Of a stretch of 64,000 bases of DNA, positions 26,701 through 38,269 are shown one piece after another. Positions within the stretch are counted from its first letter, which is position 1. Every line of letters begins with the position of its first letter. The notes under the pieces were generated by a model that was given only the letters and a program-made list of their open reading frames with translations, made no database searches and was not told the DNA's origin. This DNA comes from Cyanophora paradoxa CCMP329 (taxonomy: Eukaryota; Plantae; Glaucophyta): contig QPMI01000709.1 in NCBI GenBank assembly GCA_004431415.1, positions 124,001 to 188,000 of the forward strand, in the 5' to 3' direction. The translations under genes were made by a program, and so were the position numbers.

Positions 26701-29700
26701 GAAGCGGTTGACTCAGCATACTGCCCTGAGCGGTCCACAATTTCTGACTGCCTTGGCCTGGCATTCTCCTCGGACCGAATGAGATTGTGGACCATCATCA
26801 TATTCGCCTTCAGGGTAGCCGAGAGGTGAGGTGTCCGGAAAGAAGTGACAGAGTGCTCGTTCTGTGAATGCACAGACTCAGGCTCTGCATGCTAGAATGC
26901 TCAGAAAATCGATCATCGCACCTTAAATCCAAGAAGCTCAATCCTTTCAACTGCAATATCATCCAAGAACTTCTTCCTCAGTTTCCGAAGAGCGATCTCC
27001 TTCTTCTCAGAAATCCAGGCCAGCTCCAGGCGTGCTTGCTTGACCTTCTCTGCCGCCTCTTGCTCTGCTGAAGAGTCAGACTACAACAAAAGTGAGAAGA
27101 CTCCCCGCAAACCGAGCATGACACGAAGGTCGGGATCCAGCTCAAGCTCCTCACGAGAAAGTCTTTCCTTCGGATGGGCACGCTCGTTTGCCTCCACCAG
27201 TTTGAGGAACTCTTCGCGAAGCTCCTGGATATACTTCCGCACACCCTCTTTCTTCAGCTCGGCAGCAGCAACGAGTTTGTCGTGCTCTGTCTTCAGCTTA
27301 TCCTCTTGGATGCTGTACTGTTTGGAGTCCGTGATGTCGGGCTCAACCTAATGTAGCTATGTGAGTCGACATCGATTTTCAGACAAACCAGCCAACGAAC
27401 CTCCTCAGCGCCAGGCACAACCTGTTCACCATCCTCAGAATCCACAAGATCAACACGTGGCTCAGGGGCTCGGAGGACAACGCCTTCAGTCTCTGTCCAC
27501 ACCAAGAGTCAGAAGCAGGAGAGTGCACTCGAACCACCAGTACACACCAGGGGCAGCAAGAAACTCGTGAGCAGCAACACGATAGACAAAGAATGACCCA
27601 TCCTGGCCAACAGACAACAGGTACTGGTCGTCAAAGCTGAGACAGGCATTAAAACGGAGAATCGAAACTTGAATCGAAAACGCTTCACCTTAAAGCCACG
27701 TCAGCAACATGCCCGTTGATGGAGTCGTGCACAGGTGCATGCCAGTATCGCTCAGGTGCACTAACCCACCGAACCTGTACGCTGCCATCCATCGCGCCCA
27801 TAAGAAGAAAACGGTGCGAGGCTGAGAATTTGAGCGTCCTGCTGATCACTGAAGACGCATCGAGTGCCCTGCAGGTGACTTCAGGAGACAGCTTTGATTA
27901 AATCGCGAAAAGAACAAACCTCGCTGGTTTATCTTCATCGAATGTGCACAGATAAATCTTGCCAGCATCAGCACCATCGCACGCCAGCAAGAATTGACCG
28001 TGGCTGCCATACACAGCACTGACGACTTTTCCAAGAGGTTCCTCTGGAACAGGCTCTGCCTGCTCACCCTCAGCACCCTCTGGCTGAGTCGCAGCAGGGA
28101 CTACAGCTGCAGGAGCTGGAGCTGCGGCCACGGGGTCTAGGCCTGGGCTGGCCTGCTCTGATGCTTTCGCAGCATCCTCAGGTGCTTTTGCGGAATCTGC
28201 TGCCTGCTCGCCAGCCTCTGGAGCTGCCACAGCAGGCGGAGGTGGACGAACGAAGGTGTATGCCCTCTTCTCCACTTCGATCTCATACGTCTTGGTGACG
28301 TCGACCTGCACTAAAGTTCAGGAAATAAAAAATCTGAGCTGTAACTCCAGGCTCTTACTTTCGACATGCTTGGTGCAACGAGCTCGAGGACTTCCCCGTT
28401 CACTGTGAGAACAAGAACACGAGAACTGTCGTCTGACCAGCACAGACTTCGAATCGCGGAACTGAGCTGCACGAAACCGATGGGGGCGAAGTTCTTCCAT
28501 ACGCTGTCGATGGCGTTAGACTTGAAATCACATGAGATCGAGCTTATCAAACCTGAGGAAGAAGACTGTGCCGTCTGCAGCGCCTGTCACTAGACGCCTC
28601 CCGTTTCCAGAGAAGGCGAGGCATAGGACTGCAGATGAATGCGGCTTGAACGCCCTCTTGAGCCGGAAGCCCGTCTCGCCGGTCTCAAGGACGCGGACCA
28701 CACCATCCTTGAACCCAACAGCAATTGTCTTGCCCTCCACATCTACGGACTGTCCAATTGTTTGATGGGTGCTTTGTTAGACTGTTTCAATGTTGGACAG
28801 ACCTTAGGAACCCAGACGAGACTTGTACCACTTGCGTTGAATTGCTGAGTGTAGATGCAGTGCTTGTCCACGAAGTTGAACAAGCGGACTGTCCCATCAT
28901 CTCCAGTAGACGCTGCAACATTTGCAACAGGGGACACGTCCAGGGCAGAGATTGCTCCCGCATGGAAACTCAGGATCTGCCGTGGTTCAGTCAGATGTGT
29001 GATTCTTCCACTTTCAATTCCAGAGTCAGACGGAGGTACCTCTTTCTTGGATTGCCCAGTGAAGTCGACCTGCAGGATGGAGCCTCCAGCATTTTGGACG
29101 ACCCAGTGATCTTTCCCTTTGAGAATGCCTTTGATCTGGACACCTTTTCCGATCTCAACGGAGTTCACTGGTTCCATCTCAAAGCGAGGCTTGTCGTCCG
29201 TGAGCTCAGCATTATCAATCGTCTCTCCATCCCACATCCGGATATTTCCATCGAGGCCAGCAGTTACAATCCTGTAAAGTACGTGAGGAGAGTGCGACTC
29301 TTACGAGAAACACATATTCGCACGTGTGACCATCGAGGTGCACCACCTCGACAGCACCATCGTGACATGGCTTCCCCTCCTTTCCTGTAATCTCCACCTT
29401 GATAAGATTGCCATCCCAGAGAAGGAGATTCCCTGATTCAGCGCCCGACAGGACTTTCCCATCTGGCAGCTGGGCGTAGCCCGCAATGTCGGACAGCTCT
29501 ACGTTTCCGAACTTCCCAATTAGCCCCTGGAGCTTGAGTCCTGTGAACGTCTTCGCCATTTTCCAAAAGCGAATGTGGCCAGTTCCTGACGTGACGAGCT
29601 GCCCATCGTCCACTGGAGAGAAAGTAACACGGAAGATCTGGGCAGATGTTCAGCAATGCATTGCATAGTGAGAACGTAAAGACATAGCAGACCTCTTGCG

Positions 29701-31186
29701 AGAATGCCTTGGAACGCAGAATCGTCCTCTCAAGCTTCCAGTTCCACACCGTAAGCATGTAGTCGGGGGCAGAGCCAACCGAGGCAAGTTTGGAACCATC
29801 GGCATTGAAAGTAAGATCCGAGTAAGCCCGATCCGTGCCTCTTCTCAAGACACGGTAGAGCTTAAGTGAGGGGTACTCGTAAATGTAGATGTTCGGGAAT
29901 TTTCCCTTTTCTCCGACAGCAAAGTACCGACGTGACGGATGAACCTGTCACTTGAATCAGAGAGGGAGAGAGACGGGCAATGCAAGTGCTCACAGCAATG
30001 GCGCCAATGCCACCACCGTCGATGCCAGTGATGTAAGACTGCTCTCCGGTATTGACATTGAACAAGTGTACGACGTTGCCTGTGGCATAAACGAGGATGC
30101 TGTCTGTGATGTAGTGCACATTATTTCGCTTGAATCCCTCGAATCCGAAGGAGTGGCTGCGTATAGAGTGATTAGGCCTTCTGGCTGTGGAGAAGAGAGA
30201 GCATGGCCGCACTGAAGAGTCAAGGACGAGACAGCAATGGGGCTTGCGGATGGTGTGGCGACTGCAGTGGCGTCATAGAAAAAGTTCTCATCGATCGCCG
30301 CGACGGAATCGTCGGCACTGCCGTTCAGCTCGTCGTCGACCACATTCGCCGCGTTCGCGCTTGCCGGTACGGACGCCGCCTGAGCAGCGGAGGTGGTTGA
30401 CGGTAGAGCTGCGCCTGCTTGTTGAGACGCCGAGGGCTGCAAGGGGGCCGCCTCTGTAACGGCAGGAGCTGGATCGGCAGGAGCTGGCTTGGAAGAAGCA
30501 GCCTCGGCAGGCGCTGTCTCGGCGGGCGCCGCCTCTGCAGCCGCTGGCTCGGCCGGCGCTGCCTCTGCAAGTGCTGCATCCGCAGTCCCTGGCTCCGCAG
30601 GCGCCGCCTCCGCTGCCGCTGGGTCTGCAGGCGCCGCCTCGGCATCCACTGGCTCGGCGGACGCTGTCTCGACAGGTGCTGCATCCTCAGCCGCTGGCTC
30701 AGCGGGCTCGGCAGGCGCTGCCTCGGCAGCCGCTGGCTCGGAAGGCGCCGCCTCCGCTTCCGCCTGGACTTCAGCGAGCTCGCTATTTCCTGTGCAAGAG
30801 TTGCGTACGCGGAGCAAGGCACGATGGTGCGCTGGCGAACCTTCGGCCTCCACGCTGGCCCCGGCAGGCGCTCTGGCCTCGGTTTCTTGATCATTAGCTA
30901 CGGGTTGTTCGCCCGCCTCCTGTTCTTCTGACGGCGGTGCTTCGGCTGCGGCAACGGGCGGCAGCTCCTCCTGTGCTGTTTCGGGCGCATACTCAGCTGC
31001 GGAAGTGGGCTCAGCGTGCTCGACGGGCCCCGCAGGCGCTGGCTCAGCCGCATCCGCAGAAGTCTCGCCGGCCGCTCCAGCATCCTCCGCGGGAGCAGTC
31101 GCATCGTCCGCGGGGGCTTCGGCGGCTTCGGCAGCGTCCACTGCGGCGGGCTCTACGCCCTCTACGGGATCGGCTGCAGAGTCCAT
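23758..31186 (-). CDS. CFAP44: Cilia- and flagella-associated protein 44 (WDR52)
   Basis: HSFGFEGFKRNN, LASVGSAPDYMLTVWNW, TSGTGHIRFWKMAKTFTGLKLQG, MGDYKLKTDDDYVVPE, C-terminal MLKFGQVIDLE...LRRKGGQV. Confidence 0.93.
30460..30770 (-). repeat. Coding minisatellite (15/30-nt units, AEAAPAEPAA-type) in the CFAP44 N-terminal extension
   Basis: Repeated gccgctggctcgg / caggcgccgcctc units; Ala/Pro/Glu peptide repeats. Confidence 0.8.
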
Positions 31187-31414
31187 TGCGCCGGGCGCTG
31201 AAGCGCTAGCTAGGGCGCCCGCTGCGTAGCTGCGATGGGTCTGGCTATTTCAGTTTCGATGTGGAACACGGATGTTCGATTCCGGGAGGGGCATTTAGGG
31301 GTCTTTTTTTTCTTGTGAGAGTGAGCTCGCTGCAGCTGTTTCATGATCATCCGAGAATCCGTATACATGGGCGGTGACACGGACTCCACATCAATACAAT
31401 ACGAGAGTGCACCC

Positions 31415-32768
31415 CTAAGCCTTCCGTTTCGCTTGCCTATTCGCCTCCATACGCCTTTGAATCTCCTCGAATTCTGATATTGATGTGGGTTCACGTTAAT
31501 ATTGGCAATTGCAACCAGATTAGACAAATGCAGTTTCCGACACACCCTCATCGGTGGGAGGTGCAGCATTCTTCTTGGTCTTCGTCTTCGAGGTGCCACG
31601 TGCACCAGTACCAGCATACTTTGCAAGTAGGGCATCGCACTGCTTGTCGAACTGAGCCTGTAGAGGCGTCAAAAGGTGATGGACATTCTGATCGGGAAAG
31701 CTTGTACGCACTTTCCTCTTTGATTGGATAATTTGTGTCAGGGCGCTATTCTCCTGTGCTGAGCTGGCATTTGAGGACCTCTCGGTGGCCACAACCAGCT
31801 GACGGAAGGCTCAGGGGTGCATTTCACATCGATGGTTTCTCGGGATTGTCCCTCACCTCGTGGTGGGAGCTGCACTTCGCCTTCTTCTTGGCACACGTTG
31901 AGCACTTCTTCACTTCGGAAGAAGAGTACTCCTTAAGCTTGCCGATGCTGACACAAGCTCCCAAGTATTCTTTAAAACGCGGCATATCGTCTTCGGTGCT
32001 CAAAGGCACATGCTCAAGGAGCCTGAGCCAACCCCAATATCAACATCAATCACTAATGAAAGAAACACAGAGCGCACTGCTCGAGGTCTCCTTCAAATTT
32101 CTCATAAAAGAAGCGCACGTCCTCTGCCTCCATCGAAGAGTTCTTGTATCTTTTCTGCAAGTGCGGTAAGGCAGAGTTGACGGCCGTCGGCCACGCCAGC
32201 AGAAGTACTGGTGGACCTCGAAGGCGTTGATGTCCTCCTCGGAAACGCGGCTGAAAATGGAGCGGAAGTAAGCATCCCAAGAGTCGAAGCCCTCGCAGCT
32301 GTCCTCAAGCTCCGGATCCCGCCCGGTCTCATCGTACAGCTTGCTGTCGCCAGCGTCAGAAACTAAAGCATCGATATCAAGGCGTAACAGGAAACGCTTG
32401 CCGTTTGTCTGAGTCGCTCAGCACGTCAAATATATGTGCAAGGCGCTGGAACTCCTCGTTTGCACTCTGCGACTCGTGGGAAGCGCTGTTGGCCGGCAAC
32501 TCGGGGTGCCAGCAAGGGGAGCGCTCGCCTTGTTGCCAGGGTTGCGGTCTGGGTGCACTTCGAGCGCCTTCTTGTAGTACGCCTTCTTGATCTCGCTCGG
32601 CGTGGCGTCCCGTGCGACCCCGAGGTGCGCGTAGAAGTCGACGATGGCCGAGCTCGAGGGCCGCGCCTCCGGCTGGTCGTCCTCCAGCTCCGCATCCTCG
32701 CTCTTTCGCTTCTTCGACTGCTGCGCCTGCTGCGCCCCCTTCTTCGACTTTGCCTGCTTTGCCGCCAT
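31415..32768 (-). CDS. DNAJC9: DnaJ C9-like J-domain protein
   Basis: [47 protein letters not shown]. Confidence 0.85.
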
Positions 32769-32869
32769 CAATTTCAAGTGCTGCTCAAGTGTACCCCACA
32801 AGCCATAGACGTCAGCAAGCCAGCCACTTTTCGTGCGAAGGGCGGTTCGAGGCGCGCGGGCAGTTCGAG

Positions 32870-35800
32870 ATGGCGAGCAGCAGGGCGATATTAGCGGGCC
32901 TGCTCTTCGTCGTCGCCTGCGCTGCGTGGGTCCCGGCCGCGCGCGCCAATGTCATCGGCATCGACCTGGGCGTGGACTGGTTCAAGATAAGAGCTTTTGT
33001 CCTTGTCGTTAAGCCTCCCCGCGGCTCGTTCGGCGTTGAAAACGGGGCCGCGCGGCGCGCGCCCGGATCTATAGCCGCCACCCCCCGCACCTTCGAGCGC
33101 TGAGGCGCGCGGGGCCTCGCGCTTATGATTGTATCGCGCGCACGTATCGCTGGTCAAGCCCGGCGTTCCCATGCAGATCGTCATCAACGAGCAATCGAAG
33201 GTTCGTGCGGTGCCGCAGCGCCAGCGGCGCGCTTAGGGTCTTACGCGCTGCTCGCGCCTCGCAGCGGAAGACCGCTCCTTATATCGCCTTCCACGATGGC
33301 GACCGGTTGTTCGGCGATGCCGCCGCCCAGCTGGTCCGCTCTCGCGCTAGCAGACCCTCGCCTCACGTGCTGACGCCCAGCGGCGCAGAGGGGCCGGTAT
33401 CCGGAGAAGGTGATCACGAACGCGTGGCAGCTGCTGGGTCAGCCGTCGGACGGCGTGCTGCCGAAGCGCTTTAACTCGTCGGTGCAATACCCGTTCCGGA
33501 TGGTCAAGGACGCGTCGCGCGGGGGCGTCAAGTTCGTTATCGCGTCGGGCGACGAGTTCTCCGTCGAGGAGATCATGGCCATGGTCCTCTCGTACGCGCG
33601 GGACCTCGGCCAGGCCTTCGGCAAGACCACCATCCGCGACTGCGTCCTCACCGTGCGCGCGCCCCCGGCGCACTCCCCGCGGGCTGGACGCGCGTGCGAC
33701 GGGGCCCGTGCCGGCGCGCGCGCGCGCAGGTGCCGCCGTACTTCACGCAGTACGAGCGGCAGGCGCTCATGGACGCGGCGAACATGGCGAACCTGAAGGT
33801 CCTCTCCCTCATGCACACCGGCACCGCCGGTGCGCCCTCGCCCCCCGCCTCTCCCCTCCCACGCGCCATCCCTCCCTCCATCCTTTGAGCTGCGTCCGGG
33901 GGCAGTGGGCCTGCACTACGGGATCGACCGGGACTTCCCGAACGCGACGAACGTAGTCTTCTTCGACGTGGGCGCCGGCTCCATCGTCGCGACCCTCGCC
34001 ACCTTCAACTCCAAGGTCGAGAAGGACGGCAGCCGCAACCGCACCGTCGGCTCCATGGAGGCGCGCTTCCCCCCCCCCCCCTCCCCCCCCCCCCCCCCTT
34101 TCCCCCCACCCCGCTTCTCTCCCACCCCCCGTGACACCTCCCCCCTTGCCCCCGCAGATCAAGGGCACGGCGTGGAACGCGCTGCTCGGGGCGCAGGACC
34201 TCGACACGTGCCTCGCCGACGTCTTTGCCACCCAGTTCGAGACCGTGCGCCGCCCTCACCTTGCGGACGGGCGGGCGGAGCGGGCCGGGCCGACGCGCCT
34301 CCGCCCCGCCGCCCCGTCCCCGCAGACGAACAAGAAGGTCGGGTCGCTCCGGAAGAACGCGCGGGCGATGACGAAGCTGCGCGTGGAGGCCGAGCGCGTC
34401 AAGAAGGTCCTCTCCGCCAACTCCGACGCCGTCGTCGGGGTGCGAGGCGCCCCCGCCCCCGACCCCGGCTCCCCGGTTTGGTCGTGGGTTCCCGGTCTCA
34501 CGCACGACCCCGCGGCGCGCAGGTGGAGGCCGTCACTGAGGACGTGGACCTCCGGTGCCCCCCAGCGCCGCCCCGCGCCGCCCCCTTCTTCTCACCCCGC
34601 CCGTCCGCCAGGTGGAAGATTAGCCGCGCCGACTTCGAGGAGAAGGTCCGTTGTACCCCCCCCTCCCCACCCCCCGCCCTGCGCCTCACGCGTCGCCCCG
34701 CAGTGCGACGCCGTCTTTGCGAAGATGGTCGAGCCGGCCCAGAAGCTCCTCAAGGACGCCGGCCTGACCCCCGTGCGTCCCCAGGGGGGGTACGGGGGGT
34801 AGAGGGTCCTAGAGGGGGGGGTGGAGGGCCGGCGCCCCAGTCTATTGGGAGCTCCGCTTCGCGGCGCCTCACGGGCGCCGGGCAGGCGGACATCCACGCG
34901 GTGGAGCCCTTCGGCGGCGGCACGCGCATCCCGAAGATCATCAACGCCCTCCAGGACTTCTTCAAGCGGTACGCCCTGCCGTCAGGGGCTGGCCTCGGCT
35001 CGCCGCGCTCTGAGCGGGCGCGTGCGGCAGGGACGACATCACGCCGCACATCAACACGGACGAGGCGGCGGCGCTGGGCGCCGGCTTCCGCGGGGCGGGC
35101 CTGAGCCCGGCCTTCCGCGTCCGCAAGTTCATCCTGTCCGACGTCTTCCCCTTCCCCATCGCCGTCCGCCTCGCCGCCGAGTCGGACCGTGCGCCGCCGC
35201 CGCCGCCGCCGCCCCTCCCCGCTCGCCGCCGCTCATCGCCGGGGCCGGGCGCAGGGGAGAAGCCGCACAAGCGGACGGTGCTCTTCCAGGCGAACAACAA
35301 GCTCGAGTCGCGCAAGGTCATGTCCTGGACCCGCTCCACCGACTTCGCCCTCGAGGCACGCCCCCCCGTCCCTTCCCTCCCCCGCATTTCCCTCGTGTCC
35401 GAGCCCTGGCCCCGTCCCCGCAGATCCTGTACGAGGCGCACCCCTCGCTGCCCCGCCCCGAGGGGTCCGCGCACCGTTGCCCCCTGGCTCCGAATCCAGC
35501 CCCTCACCCGCCACCGCAGCATCATCGCGGTGGCGAACATCACGGGCCTGCCGGAGGCGCTCACGAAGTACAACCACAGCAAGTGCGCCCGCCGCCCTCC
35601 CGCACCATTCTCCCCGCTCCGCCCCCTCGAGCCCCGCGCGAGCAGGAAGGAGCCGGTGAAGGTCAACGTTCAGTTCACTCTCACGCGCTCGGGCCTCGTC
35701 ATGGTACGCGTGGGGCCCGCCGTGCCCGCATGCGGGATCCCGCCGCCGTCATTGACGTGGCGTACCCCCTCCAGATCGAGAAGGCCGAGGTGTCTCTCGT

Positions 35801-37385
35801 TGAAGAGGTCACCGTGGTTGTGCGCCCCCGCACCCTTGCACCCGCGCGCCCGCGCGCCGCGCCTCATCGGGTGGTGGACTCCCGTACAGATCACGCCGTC
35901 GCCGTCGCCCACTCCGGGCGCCAACGCGACCGCGTCGGCCGCCAACGCCACCGCCGCCGCCGCCGACAACTCGACCGCCACTGCCGATGCCCCGTCCTCC
36001 GAGGTCCGCCCCGCTTTCCTGTAAGGATCGGTGCGGGTTGGCCCGCCGAGCCGGAACGCAGGAGGAGGCGAGCAAGCCGCCGGCGGAGGAGGGCGCCGAG
36101 TCCGGGGACGACGAGGCGGCGACGCCTGCGCCCTCGGCGACGCCCGAGGCCGCCAAGAAGGAGAAGGACGAGAAGAAGGACGAGAAGAAGGACGAGCAGG
36201 TCAAGACCAAGACCTTCAAGAAGTACCACAAGGCACGCTTGCGCAGAGAGCCGATCCAAGCTCGCAGCGCCGCCCGCTGACGGCTCCGGCGTGGCAGGTG
36301 ACCCTGAAGGTCAAGTGGAACTCGCACAACGAGCCGTACCCCCTCACGGACGCCGAGTTCAAGACGGCCGTCAAGCGGTGCGCGGGCCGCGTGTGAGGGG
36401 TGTGCGGGGTCTGAGCGGGCGGGGCAGGCTGGGCGACCTGGCGGACGCGGACCGGCTGAAGAAGGAGCGGGAGGACGCGAAGAACGCGGTGGAGGCGTTC
36501 GTGTACGAGGCGAAGGAGAAGCTCTCGGCGGAGGGCGTGGAGGCCGTCACGACGGAGGCGCAGCGGGAGGCGATGATCGCCGCGCTCGACGCCGCCGAGT
36601 CCTGGCTCTACGACGACGGCGCCGAGGCCACGACGGCCCAGTACAAGGCCAAGCTCGCCGAGATCCGCAAGGAGCCCGACGCCGTCCAGGCCCGCCCTGC
36701 GCGCCTCGATCTACACTACAAGCTCTTCTCTGACAGGGCACCGCAGGTCCGGATCGCGGAGCTGACGGCGCGCCCGAAGGCGTTCGCAGAGTGCCGTGAA
36801 GCGGTGAACCTGACGCGGACGGGCACCGAACTGCTGGCGACGGACGCGCCGCACATCACCGAGGAGGCGCGCGCCAAGTTCCTCAACGAGAGCGTCGACC
36901 GCACCGAGAAGTGGTGCGCGGACAAGGAGGCCGAGCAGGAGAAGAAGGCGCCGCACGAGACGCCGGCCGTCCTCTCCTCCGAAATCGCCGCCAAGACCAG
37001 CGACCTCATCTACCGCTTCCGCGTCCTCAAGGCGAGCTTTTGTATATATTTCCTTGCTCCAAGCAGCCTTCCGACGATCTCGCAGAACACGCCAAAGCCG
37101 AAGCCGAAGGTCGAGAAGGCGAACGCGACGGCCGCCAAGAACGGCACGAAGGAGGAGGCCGCGGAGGAGGACGAGGAGGAGGACGAGGAGGCCGAGGACG
37201 AGCAGGAGGGGCCGGGCGCCGCCGGGAAGAAGGGCGCCGGCGAGGCAGAGGGCGCCGGCGACGGCAGCAGCAGCGAGGAGAACGCCCGCGATAGCGCCGG
37301 CAAGGCCGGCTCTGCCGAGGGTGGCCAAGGCGAGGGTGACGCCGACGGGGAGGGCGAGGGCGAGGGCAAGAAGGACGAGCTCTGA
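32870..37385 (+). CDS. HYOU1: ER-luminal large Hsp70 (Grp170/HYOU1/Lhs1), about 23 introns
   Basis: Signal peptide; [12 protein letters not shown]|[19 protein letters not shown]|[44 protein letters not shown]; C-terminal KDEL. Confidence 0.95.
32987..33143 (+). other. AT-AC intron (intron 1 of HYOU1)
   Basis: TTCAAG|ATAAGA...GCGCAC|GTATCG joins DWFK to VSLVKPG without a gap. The nearby AG acceptor reads into an in-frame stop. Confidence 0.85.
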
Positions 37386-38269
37386 AGGCGCCCTTGTAAG
37401 CAGTTATCATTCTATGCAGTTTAAAAGGCAGTGAGTTCACACGCTACACTGGTGTTGTACTCGCTCATGCGAGCTGCACAATGCACTTGGCCATGGGGCC
37501 CGGGGAACCCGGTCCGGGCGTGGTAGGGAACGCAAAAACTTTGAGATTCAAGCCCGGCCCAAGGACCCGGGGGCCCCACCGTGGCACCTAACTTAGTAAG
37601 AAGCCCTCCGAGGCTCAGGGCCTGAAGCCTTGAAGCCTTGGATCCGCGAGTGTCTGGTACCAAATCCCTGCGGCCACTGAGCCTCGGAGCACATGTACTG
37701 TCACACGAGCTGTACCTTCAAGGCTTAGTACAGCACTTCGAGGCTTTGATCATGACTCGTGATGACATCATGGCATTGATCATGATAATTACTAATAATC
37801 ATAGTATAAGTAATGTTAATGCAACATTCAAGATTCAGGGGAGGACCGGGGAGAGCTGCCGCGCGGCAGTGCACCCAGCCCAGCCTGGCCCAGTGGCAGC
37901 CTGGCAGGGGGGACTCGGGATCCGCTACTGGGCCACTCAGTGACTAAGCCTGAAAACTCCACTCCGAGGCTCCAGGAACTTCGGAAGCCGCGAGCCTAAT
38001 TGCCATTAAGTTAAGATTGGCCAGTGGAGCTTGCCAAGTTGGCCGCCGGCTCTAGATCTGATCATGATCATGATGTCGATATCAGCGTCACGGCGTGGCA
38101 CCCATGGCCAGACCCCCTAGGCCTATAGCCGCTGAGCTAGGCCTCCCAACATGAAGCCATAGGCTGGACCTGGCTGGTCATGATCAGGACCTGCCAGGGT
38201 AGTCCCCTTGCAATTGGGAGGAAGGACCCTTGGGCTGGTCCAGTTTGCAACGCCTCAACCAGCACAACT

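Noticed and set aside
34821-37385. 854-aa ORF as a single protein
   Set aside because: Read-through of GC-rich HYOU1 introns; only the 3' part is in the true frame.
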